A model generated the notes under the pieces. It worked only from the letters and a program-made list of their open reading frames with translations, was not told the origin of the DNA and made no database searches. From positions 6,885 to 44,887 of the forward strand of contig CAZFWT010000005.1 in the NCBI GenBank assembly GCA_964522635.1: a stretch of 38,003 bases of DNA, written 5' to 3'. A program made the translations under genes and the position numbers. This DNA is from an uncultured Halobacteria archaeon (GTDB lineage: Archaea; Halobacteriota; Syntropharchaeia; Alkanophagales; Methanospirareceae). Positions 27,875 to 38,003 of this stretch are shown one piece after another; the first letter of the stretch is position 1; each line of letters starts with the position of its first letter.

Positions 27875-28199
27875 AACCCTTTCCTTGTCGTCTTCCTCCA
27901 GTTTTTGATTGAATCGTTAGGGTCTTTTAAAACGCAATTAGAGAAAGCGGAGAGAATTCTTAGAATATTATGCCTCTATATTCTTTATTCTGTAACTCAA
28001 TTCATCGACATCACACTTCAAGCAACTCAGGCAGTTACGCTAACCTGTCATTAATTCCTCATAACATTTAAAAAATCACTTCACTCATGTTCTTTTCAAT
28101 CCATCCTTTAACTATTGTTAACTAGGTATATTTAAATCTTGACTTCTCCCAAATATAGTCCGTCATTACTGCCGTTCCGCTTCATCTTATGTCTCCTTT

Positions 28200-28856
28200 T
28201 TAGCTATATGCAGATGAAAAGTATGCATCCCCTCTGTGTATTTTTAGATGACTTGTAATAGTTTCAATGAATGCGCTCCCATAATTCTGAACAAATTTAT
28301 CTCCAATACCACGCACAGTAAGGAGAGACACAGCATCTGTTGGTTTTTGTTTGGTTAATTCTCTCAAAGTAGTATCCCCGCAAATCGTATATGCTGGGAT
28401 GTCCCTTTGCTGTGAAAATGCTCTCCTCAACTTCCTAAGTTCCTCAAATAATTCCTTTTCCAAGTCGTCTAATTCTGGAATGCTTCGATCAACAAAACCT
28501 GCAAGGAATTGAACGTTCGTTTCACACTTACCAGCAATAAAGTCTCTTCCTTTAGTTGTAATTTTGAGTACTGATATGTTTTTATATTCAGATAAAAGTT
28601 CCATCCTTAGGAGTTCAGATTTAACAAGAGCGTCTATGATCGTTCTCAATTGTTCTCTTGTGAATGTTGGAAAAATAGAATATGTTGTAAGATTATGCAG
28701 TTCGTAGTTGATTATAAAGGTCGATTTTGACCCTTTTAGTATCGATATAATTTTATTAATACCTAAAGGAAACGGTAGTTCTGTAATGGAACAAAGAATA
28801 ATTTTGCAAACAGAACTTTCATAATCTTGGATTGCGGTTTTTATATTTACGTTCAT
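28200..28856 (-). CDS. Stand-alone RQC (winged helix) plus HRDC domain protein, AT-rich
   Basis: G...I..ILKGS RQC-like region; LFEELRKLRR......IPAY.I..D.TL.EL....P.....L..V.GIG......YG..F HRDC; no helicase motifs. Confidence 0.85.
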   Translation of the reverse strand: MNVNIKTAIQDYESSVCKIILCSITELPFPLGINKIISILKGSKSTFIINYELHNLTTYSIFPTFTREQLRTIIDALVKSELLRMELLSEYKNISVLKITTKGRDFIAGKCETNVQFLAGFVDRSIPELDDLEKELFEELRKLRRAFSQQRDIPAYTICGDTTLRELTKQKPTDAVSLLTVRGIGDKFVQNYGSAFIETITSHLKIHRGDAYFSSAYS

Positions 28857-28964
28857 AGTAACACTTTCATCCCTTTTTATTCGCTCTTTTTAAGTCCTGC
28901 CACACTGTTATGTGTCGCATTCCTCCGTTACGCCACACTATCACTCTTTATCCTCTACAGTTCA

Positions 28965-29465
28965 TTAAAGTTCATCGATAACAGATGACAACCGATCTCT
29001 ATCTATTTTTCCAACAATATCCTCTTCTACACTCGTTCCCAGCTTTCTCTCCAAGAATTTCTTAACCTCTTCCCTATTCCAACCTTTTCCCAAAGCTTTA
29101 CCCCATAAAGCTCTCAGTTGAGTTGCTGTTGCCATGCCAGGCATTTCCATCGCACCACCGATCTCATCAATCAATTCAGATAGCTCCTTTTTATTTACTT
29201 TCACTATGATTTCATCCTCATCACTTGTCCCGAATCTCTCTTCCAAATATCTTCTTACTCTCTCTCTATCCCATCCTCTATCCAAAGCTTTTCCATATAA
29301 TACACGCAGTTGATGAGATGATGCTTTACCGAGGCCGCTAAGAGGATCTATCTCTGAGAGGAGAACGTTAATCGCCTGACTTATATTCTCGAGCTCGCTG
29401 ATTTCCTTTTCCACCGCTATGGTCTTCTCGTCTACAGGAAAGGATATCTTTACTTTCGTACTCAT
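28965..29465 (-). CDS. Hypothetical protein with two tandem ~55-aa helical repeats, AT-rich
   Basis: A..QLR.L.GKAL..GW.RE.V...LE...GTS.E..I..K.....LS..IDE occurs twice; AAGGTGA RBS. Confidence 0.8.
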   Translation of the reverse strand: MSTKVKISFPVDEKTIAVEKEISELENISQAINVLLSEIDPLSGLGKASSHQLRVLYGKALDRGWDRERVRRYLEERFGTSDEDEIIVKVNKKELSELIDEIGGAMEMPGMATATQLRALWGKALGKGWNREEVKKFLERKLGTSVEEDIVGKIDRDRLSSVIDEL

Positions 29466-29791
29466 TTTTCACCTTCCTTTTTCACGTTTCGGGAAAGAAC
29501 GCGTGACCGGTCGTCAGGAACGGGACGATTTACCACCCATGCCGAAGGTCGTGCCTTGCCACCCTATCCTTCTTCACCATCAGCTTTCGCTTTCCCCATC
29601 TGAACTACTATTTACCGTAAGTACATAAAAAGCGGACATATAAAAGCTTCTCCATATACTTTTTCCCTAACGTGAACATTTGATACAACAACTTCGTTCG
29701 TGAAATAAAGGGGGAAGCTCGACGAAGTTGAGGAAGAAGCCCCAAATTGTTTTTTGACAGCGTTACAAAAAGGATGGAGAAAAAAGAGTCT

Positions 29792-30466
29792 TTATAGTAA
29801 CGCGGCCTTCAGCGCTTCCAGCAGCAATTTCCCGGCTTCTTGCATGATCGGCCGTTCAGGGCCCATGTACGCGACGCACTCGTTATCGTGCAGTTGCAGC
29901 ACCTGCTCCTCGAACTTCTGGTCAGCGCAAGACATCCCGACCAGCTTCGCCGCCACCTTCGACGCGGAGCCGCAGGGCGTATCACGCACCACCTTCACGC
30001 TCTCGATGATCATGGTCTTCGGATTCACGCGCACTATCAGCTCAGGTTTACCGAATCGAGCGGCAAACGTCTGTATCTCCGGGTGCTCGCTTGACTCCAG
30101 TGAGCAGAACGGCTCCAGGAATTCGAGGTGGATGCCCTTCTTCTTGAGTTCCTCGGTAATGGAATATTTGCCCTCCGGGATCAGGTTCGGATCACCAATA
30201 GCCCAGAGGACCGCTTTGACCCCCAGCTTTTCCGCGATGATTGGGACGAGGTCACCGGCCTTCGGGAGTATTCCCAGCACCATGAGGAGATCAGAGGCGC
30301 AGAGGGGCAGATCAGCCGGGAGGTCCCTCTCCGGATCGTCGAGTGATACGGAGGTTATCCCAAGGTCGTAGATGCCAACAATCCGGTCTGCAAACTCACT
30401 TGCAGCTAAATGCTCTGCTATCAGCTCGCCAAACGATCCATGATACAGAATATAGATCAGGTTCAT
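29792..30466 (-). CDS. DUF166 family protein
   Basis: PFCSL, F...FGKP and V.V.R..PCGS...VA pattern. Confidence 0.8.
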   Translation of the reverse strand: MNLIYILYHGSFGELIAEHLAASEFADRIVGIYDLGITSVSLDDPERDLPADLPLCASDLLMVLGILPKAGDLVPIIAEKLGVKAVLWAIGDPNLIPEGKYSITEELKKKGIHLEFLEPFCSLESSEHPEIQTFAARFGKPELIVRVNPKTMIIESVKVVRDTPCGSASKVAAKLVGMSCADQKFEEQVLQLHDNECVAYMGPERPIMQEAGKLLLEALKAALL

Positions 30467-30551
30467 GACAGCGTGCCTCGCCTTCTGATAGGGCGCTCAT
30501 TCATGTCGATACACACAAGGTGACGTTTGCTGCTGGAAGGAACTGCGGTGG

Positions 30552-31325
30552 CTACTCCACTATTCGCGTGTATACTGCCCGGTAGACCTCAGAGAGATCG
30601 CCCTTCTCCTGTCTGAACACGTCTTTATCCAGGCTTCGTATCTCGCCGCGTGTCTCGTACGCCCGTTTATCCCAGAACCTGCAGACATCCGGCGTGCCCA
30701 CCTCGTCGGCGAGGATGATCTCACCGCACTTCTTGCAGCGTCCGTACTCGAGCTTGAAATCGGCTAATATGACCTCCTTTGTGCTCAGATATGCGCTCAT
30801 GAGCTCCCCGATGCGCCGCGTCGTAGTCGTGAGGAACGCGATCTCGCTGTGATCCATCCACCCGTTCGCGATAAGCTCATCCTTCGTTACCGGTCGATCA
30901 ACCTTCTCAAACTTGGTGGTGAATTCCACATAACTTCTGGCGAGTGGCGTCCCTTCTGCCCGCTTCGTGCCCTCGGAAATGAACTCGCTGCTGATCTCTA
31001 CCTCACCGCGCTGAGAGCGTCGCCAGAGCGAGCCGTAGAGGTAGTTCCGGGCGATGACCTCCACGGGCAGGATATCGAGGTCCTGAGCTACGAGCATGTT
31101 CGGAGGCACGAATTCCCGGAAGTGTGTCTTTATCCCTGCAGCTTCGAGCTTCTTGAACCAGAAACAGGAGAGCTTGCAGCAGATCGCGCCTTTATCGGTA
31201 TATTCCGCTTTCTTCAGCCCGTCGAAGGCCGTTACACGATCGGTGAAGACGAAGACGATATCTCCGTTCGGCCGTTGATAAATGTCCTTCGCTTTTCCGC
31301 TTCGCAGATACGTCGCCTCGTTCAT
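30552..31325 (-). CDS. purC: SAICAR synthetase
   Basis: GKAKDIY, DRVTAFD, PVEVIARN...GS, DFKLEYG and LADEV.TPD.CRFWD; start moved to ATG 31325 (probably leaderless). Confidence 0.95.
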   Translation of the reverse strand: MNEATYLRSGKAKDIYQRPNGDIVFVFTDRVTAFDGLKKAEYTDKGAICCKLSCFWFKKLEAAGIKTHFREFVPPNMLVAQDLDILPVEVIARNYLYGSLWRRSQRGEVEISSEFISEGTKRAEGTPLARSYVEFTTKFEKVDRPVTKDELIANGWMDHSEIAFLTTTTRRIGELMSAYLSTKEVILADFKLEYGRCKKCGEIILADEVGTPDVCRFWDKRAYETRGEIRSLDKDVFRQEKGDLSEVYRAVYTRIVE

Positions 31326-31350
31326 GAGCTTCAATAGGAATAGATCGCTA

Positions 31351-31362
31351 CTTTTATATATA
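31351..31362. promoter_or_regulatory. Bidirectional TATA box between purC and hisB
   Basis: CTTTTATATATA reads as a TATA box on both strands, about 25 nt from the purC start. Confidence 0.55.
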
Positions 31363-31462
31363 AGTCTCTTCCTATTAGCAAACGGAGAGCGTTTAGAGCG
31401 CGCGGAGTGGTCAGAGCGTTCCCCGGGCGGCGCTCTCTTCGCTAAGCGGGATTTAGACGAGA

Positions 31463-32050
31463 ATGAGAACCGCACGTTTAAAACGGAGCACGAAGGAGAC
31501 GAGTGTCGGTGTAGAATTGAACCTTGACGGCACGGGCACGAGCGAGATCAGCACGACGATCAAATTCTTCGACCACATGCTCGCGACCTTCGCGAAGCAC
31601 GGGTTCTTTGACCTGATGGTGAAGGCCGAGGGCGACTTGAGCCACCACATCATCGAGGATACCGGTATCGTCCTGGGCGAGGCGTTCAAGAAGGCCCTGG
31701 GTACTGCTGAATCAGCGGAACGCGCGGCGATCGTGCGATTCGGCTCTGCCACCGTGCCTATGGACGAGTCGATTGCGCGTTGTGCCGTGGATCTCGGCGG
31801 AATCGGGGGCGTTGGACGGGGGTATACGGTATTCGAGGCGGATTTCGAGAAAGAACTGGTGGAGGACCTCAGCACTGAGAACATCCCCCATTTCATCACG
31901 ACCTTCGCCACGCACGCGAGCTTCACGATCCACGTCTCGGCACGGGGTGAGAACGAGCACCATAAGATCGAGGCGATCTTCAAGGCCTTAGCGATCGCTT
32001 TGGATCGCGCGACACGGGTTGAAGAGCGGAAGAAGGCGAAGGGCAGGTAA
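31463..32050 (+). CDS. hisB: Imidazoleglycerol-phosphate dehydratase
   Basis: R.TKET, FFDHML, HHIIED, PMDES and NEHHKIEAIFKA. Confidence 0.96.
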   Translation: MRTARLKRSTKETSVGVELNLDGTGTSEISTTIKFFDHMLATFAKHGFFDLMVKAEGDLSHHIIEDTGIVLGEAFKKALGTAESAERAAIVRFGSATVPMDESIARCAVDLGGIGGVGRGYTVFEADFEKELVEDLSTENIPHFITTFATHASFTIHVSARGENEHHKIEAIFKALAIALDRATRVEERKKAKGR

Positions 32051-32192
32051 AGGCTGCTGGCTGGCTGGCTGTATCTATGAGCATGAAGCAGCTACGATCA
32101 GGCTACAACCAGGTCGCAAGCTCATCGTGCGTGGCAGTTCGGTGAGTGGATTTCTCTACACAAAGTGAAAGAATAAATTATGAGTGTGTGAG

Positions 32193-33242
32193 ATGTGGAC
32201 CGAGGAATACAGACCGAATCGATTGGACGAGATCCTTGGACATGATGAGGTGGTGAAGCGGCTGCAGGGCTTTGTCAAGGAGCGGACGGTGCCGAACCTC
32301 CTGCTCTGGGGCCCACCGGGTTCGGGCAAGACCTCGGTCGTCTACGCGCTGGCGAAGGAGCTCTACGGTGAGTTTTACCGCGAGAACCTCATGCACATAG
32401 AAACTGCGGACTTCGTGGAGCAGGGTAAGAAATGGCTGAAGGAGAACAAGCGGTTCAAGCTCTTTTATAACGAGCAGAAATCCGCGATCGTCATGTTCAA
32501 GCAGATGATCCGAGAATATGCCGCGTTGGCGCCGATCAATGCGTCCTTCAAGCTCCTGTATTTCAGTAACGCCGATTTGCTGCCCTGGAATGCGCAGCAC
32601 GCCTTGCGACGGATCATGGAGCGGAGCAACAGAACCTGCCGGTTCATCTTCGCCACCACGAAGCCTGCGAGCATCATTCCTGCCGTTCGGTCACGCTGCC
32701 TGAATCTGCACTTCCGCTCGCTTGAGCAAACGGGTGCGCTGGATCAGCTGCTCCAGAAGATCGCCGAGCGGGCGGGATTGACCCTTACCGCGCAGGGTTT
32801 GGCGGCCATAGGCGATTATGCACGGGGCGATGCGCGTGCGGCCATTCTGATTCTGGAAGCTGCGGCGGTACGAGCAGCATCGGAAACGCCCGTACTCGAC
32901 GCGAACCGGATAGCCGCGGTTGCGCAGAACGCTTTTTTCCCGCGGCAGCAGGCCGAGGAGTTGCTCGAATCAGCGCTACGAGGTCGCTACAAGGATGTGC
33001 GGGCGCGGTTGGAAATTCTGATGCGTGTGGAGCGCATGGGCGGCAGGGAGCTGCTTCTCGAGCTCCACGAGGCAGTACGACGGAAGATGCAGCGCGAGAT
33101 GACACCTGCTGATAGGAATCGGTATGCACGGCTCATCGTGCACGCGGGTGAGGCTGACCTCAAACTCTGCACCGCGCTTCATCCGCTGATACCGCTCGAT
33201 GAGCTGTTAGCGAACTTCGCTTTTCGCGCGAGTGACGACTGA
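32193..33242 (+). CDS. Replication factor C small subunit paralogue (RFCS2-like)
   Basis: WTEEYRP, GPPGSGKT, AQHALRRIME and the SRC motif; Walker B is degenerate (YFSNAD). Confidence 0.88.
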   Translation: MWTEEYRPNRLDEILGHDEVVKRLQGFVKERTVPNLLLWGPPGSGKTSVVYALAKELYGEFYRENLMHIETADFVEQGKKWLKENKRFKLFYNEQKSAIVMFKQMIREYAALAPINASFKLLYFSNADLLPWNAQHALRRIMERSNRTCRFIFATTKPASIIPAVRSRCLNLHFRSLEQTGALDQLLQKIAERAGLTLTAQGLAAIGDYARGDARAAILILEAAAVRAASETPVLDANRIAAVAQNAFFPRQQAEELLESALRGRYKDVRARLEILMRVERMGGRELLLELHEAVRRKMQREMTPADRNRYARLIVHAGEADLKLCTALHPLIPLDELLANFAFRASDD

Positions 33243-33302
33243 ACTCGAGGTTCTTATCGATTCACTCAGCCGGTCACACTGCTCATAAGGGGCAGCTAAA
33301 AA

Positions 33303-35360
<2,058 letters not shown>

Positions 35361-35395
35361 TCACCTGATACTTAATACACGAGGTATCTACCAGC

Positions 35396-36019
35396 ATGGC
35401 AGCGGAGAGGGAGAAAGAGGAGACACTAATTCCGAGTTCGGATTACCTGGCAAGCGGCATACATATCGGCACGCAGCAGAAGACCGGCGACATGAAGCGG
35501 TTCATCTACCAGGCGCGGTCGGATGGCCTGTATCTTCTGGATATCCGGCAGATGGATGAGCGGCTGCGGCGTGCGGCGAAGTTCCTGGCGAATTACGACC
35601 CGAAAACGATTCTGGTGGTTGCAGCGCGTGAATACGGGCACCAGCCAGTGAAGATGTTCGCGGAAGTGACGGGTGCAGCGGCAAATGTCGAGCGGTTCAT
35701 CCCGGGTACGTTAACCAATCCTGATAGCGCGCACTTCGTCGAGCCCGCCGTGCTGATCGTGACTGATCCGATGACCGATGAGCAAGCCTTAAGAGAAGCA
35801 GTGAGCATCGGTATCCCGATCGTCGCGCTCTGTGACGCGAACAATTCGACCGCGAATATCGATCTTATCATCCCGACGAACAACAAGGGCAGGAAGGCGC
35901 TAGCCACTGTTTACTGGCTGCTGGCGCGCGAGATGCTGCGCGAGCGGTATCGGCGGGAAGGCAAGGAAGACAAATTCACCTTTACGTACACTGCGGAAGA
36001 TTTTGAAGCTACCCTGTAA
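35396..36019 (+). CDS. rps2: 30S ribosomal protein uS2 (archaeal)
   Basis: [20 protein letters not shown] and [12 protein letters not shown]. Confidence 0.97.
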   Translation: MAAEREKEETLIPSSDYLASGIHIGTQQKTGDMKRFIYQARSDGLYLLDIRQMDERLRRAAKFLANYDPKTILVVAAREYGHQPVKMFAEVTGAAANVERFIPGTLTNPDSAHFVEPAVLIVTDPMTDEQALREAVSIGIPIVALCDANNSTANIDLIIPTNNKGRKALATVYWLLAREMLRERYRREGKEDKFTFTYTAEDFEATL

Positions 36020-36044
36020 TGCTAATGCCCCCGGAGGGCAGGAG

Positions 36045-36845
36045 ATGAGAAAGGCGGTAGTAGCTGGTTCCTGGTACGAAGGAGATGCAGACCGATTGGA
36101 ACGGCAGCTCCGGGGCTTCTTCGCTGACTTCCCGCGCGCGGAGCATGAGCAGGTGCGGGGTGCCGTCGTGCCTCACGCGGGCTATATGTATTCGGGCCGT
36201 GTGGCAGCAAGTGTTTACGCCCGGCTGCCGCGTGCGGATACCTTTGTTATTCTCGGCGTCAATCATCAGGGTATCGGCTCACTCATAGCGGCGTCTGCAG
36301 AGCCCTGGGAGACGCCCCTGGGCGTGGTCGAGACCGATGAGGCGTTCGTAGAGGCGCTCCCGAAACGGATCATCGATGTGGACGAGACGGCGCACCGGTA
36401 TGAACATTCCATCGAGCTTCAGCTCCCGTTCCTCCAGTTCTGCTTCGAACGATCGTTCCGCATCGTGCCGATCAGCATCGGGCTGGGGGACGTGGAAACG
36501 GCGCGTGAGATCGGGGACGATCTCGCCAGCACGATCGCGGCATATGACAAGCGCGTGATCATCATTGCATCATCGGATTTCACGCATTACGAGCCCGAAA
36601 GGATCGCGCGGGCCAAGGACGAGTACGTGATCGAAGCGATCAAAGAGCTGGACGTGCCGAAGTTCTTCAAGCGGGTGTACGAACGGAACGTGACCGCGTG
36701 CGGCATTGCGCCGATCGGTGCGATGATGCAGGCAGCCAGGCGACTCGGGGCGACGAGCGGCATCGTGACCACGTACATGACGAGCGGTGACGTCACCGGC
36801 GAGCGATCCAGCGTCGTCGGCTACGGCGGTATTATTATTGTCTGA
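36045..36845 (+). CDS. MEMO1 family protein (AmmeMemoRadiSam protein B)
   Basis: VAGSWY, PHAGYMYSG, EHSIELQLPFLQ, ASSDFTHY and VVGY; start moved to ATG 36045. Confidence 0.93.
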   Translation: MRKAVVAGSWYEGDADRLERQLRGFFADFPRAEHEQVRGAVVPHAGYMYSGRVAASVYARLPRADTFVILGVNHQGIGSLIAASAEPWETPLGVVETDEAFVEALPKRIIDVDETAHRYEHSIELQLPFLQFCFERSFRIVPISIGLGDVETAREIGDDLASTIAAYDKRVIIIASSDFTHYEPERIARAKDEYVIEAIKELDVPKFFKRVYERNVTACGIAPIGAMMQAARRLGATSGIVTTYMTSGDVTGERSSVVGYGGIIIV

Positions 36846-36910
36846 TTTTCATTACATTACCCCTACCGTCCCTACAGAGCACGGCACCGCACGGCAGGCA
36901 TGCATGCACC

Positions 36911-37708
36911 ATGGAGGAAAGAAAACGTGAGCATAGCGCGCATACTCAGGTTCCGGCCTGCAGGGTTTTCTTTGCGGAATTCTTACACAGCGACCTCTTC
37001 ATCGAGGAAGCAGGCGTTACAACTCTCATAACCCCCACGGGTGCGCGCTGTCAGCGTCTCTATGCCGTGGGCGCGGTGGAAGCGGTGGAAACACGGGGTA
37101 ACGTCGTCCGGATACAGCTCAATGACACCACCGCTTCAGTGCCCGTGTTCGCGCCACAGGATCGCTATCCAGCTGAACGAGTGAAGGATTCTACTGACGC
37201 AGAGCGGTATCTCGCGGTCACCGGAACCGTCAATGTGCGTGCAGGCGCCGATGGCAGCAAACGCGCGCTGATTCTGGCTGAAGCACTCGGGATCGTTGAG
37301 GACCGTGCACGTGCGGCCTGGCTTCTTACGACTGCAATGCGAACGATGGAGCGCATAGAGCAGCTCCGGATCTTTTCGAGCGAACCGAGCTCTTTTATGG
37401 GCGTGCCGAGCGAGCGTGTGCGTGAGCATTACGCGCTTGATAACGAGCGATTGGACGCGCTGGCGGGCACGGCGATAAACGCAGTCAACGGCCTGTTGAC
37501 TCACTATCGGGCACAAACGCGAGCGCTCATCATGGAGCAGATCACGACGGCGGGCAAGAGCGGGTTGGATCGGTCACGGCTGCTCGACCGGTTGAGGCGA
37601 GGTCAAGGACTGCCGGAGACCTGGGTGGGAGAGATCATCGACGGGCTCATCCTCGAAGGGCAGTGCTCGGAGTCGGAGAGCGGAGTGTTACAGTGCGCAC
37701 GCAGGTGA
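36911..37708 (+). CDS. RPA-associated / RPA2-like protein (OB fold plus C-terminal winged helix)
   Basis: R.F..EF, ITPTGA...R.Y.VG, W...TA.RT.ERI and C-terminal I..L..EG.C.E. Confidence 0.75.
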   Translation: MEERKREHSAHTQVPACRVFFAEFLHSDLFIEEAGVTTLITPTGARCQRLYAVGAVEAVETRGNVVRIQLNDTTASVPVFAPQDRYPAERVKDSTDAERYLAVTGTVNVRAGADGSKRALILAEALGIVEDRARAAWLLTTAMRTMERIEQLRIFSSEPSSFMGVPSERVREHYALDNERLDALAGTAINAVNGLLTHYRAQTRALIMEQITTAGKSGLDRSRLLDRLRRGQGLPETWVGEIIDGLILEGQCSESESGVLQCARR

Positions 37709-37950
37709 AGTAGAAGTCAGGAGTGGTGAGGGGAAGTACTTTCGCACGGATTTCCGGTAAAAGTACCTGAAAAGCTAGCGTTTATTTCCCTTTTTGAGTA
37801 TCATAATGCAAAGTTTAGAGGAAAGAGAGTTTTTCTTTGTATCTTGGTCCCTCTCACGCCCGTGATATACTAAATCTAGCCGTAAGAACCTATGGTCGCG
37901 GCCGTTGCTTGACCCGGGCAATACTGAGTTCCAGTGGAAATACTACCGAA

Positions 37951-38003
37951 GTGCGCCGAGAAAGACCATGCTATCCAGTTTGGTGAAAGTCCGACCTGAG
38001 GAA
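37951..38003 (+). mobile_element. Probable 5' end of a group II intron (truncated by the window edge)
   Basis: GTGCG 5' consensus followed about 30 nt later by the TTGG-TGAAAGT-CCGA hairpin typical of early domain I. Confidence 0.6.

Noticed and set aside
27900..28964. Integron attC sites around the AT-rich genes
   Set aside because: Isolated TAAC/GTTA cores exist, but no properly paired R''/R' boxes flank a cassette and there is no integrase
29480..29520. Minus-strand CTGACGA...GAAAC as a hammerhead ribozyme core
   Set aside because: Stem II cannot close (C opposite C) and stems I and III are not evident
31399..31420. GCGGAGTGGTCAGAGCG resembling a tRNA D-arm
   Set aside because: No T-arm (GTTCRA) or cloverleaf follows
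37975..38003. CTGAGGAA at the window end as the start of the RNase P RNA core
   Set aside because: No recognisable P1/P2 5' strands; GTGCG plus GGTGAAAGTCC fits a group II intron better, though this cannot be fully excluded without downstream sequence

Overview
Archaeal chromosomal window. The archaeal-type uS2, TrpRS, RFC, SepCysS and Lhr genes, TATA-box promoters and leaderless genes point to a Methanomicrobia-type euryarchaeon. ANME-1/Methanophagales is my best guess (inference). The GC-rich housekeeping backbone carries ilvB-ilvN-ilvC plus an FAH gene, pscS, glnA, lhr, purS, trpS, purC, hisB, an RFC small subunit, rps2 and MEMO1. It is interrupted by several AT-richer islets and gene remnants. 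The most notable items are: (1) an unassigned ~180-nt highly structured element filling the gap between two convergent genes (11087-11268); (2) the probable 5' end of a group II intron at the right edge (from 37951); (3) bacterial-type DNA-maintenance genes (RNase HIII, NAD-dependent ligase LigA, a stand-alone RQC-HRDC protein); (4) a head-to-head corrinoid protein/RACo activator pair with no methyltransferase nearby; (5) a PrsW protease with a C-terminal winged-helix-like tail; (6) two perfect operator-like palindromes; (7) gene fragments the ORF track misses or mis-frames. No CRISPR array, rRNA or tRNA was recognised. All family calls come from motif recognition by eye; no database search was run.
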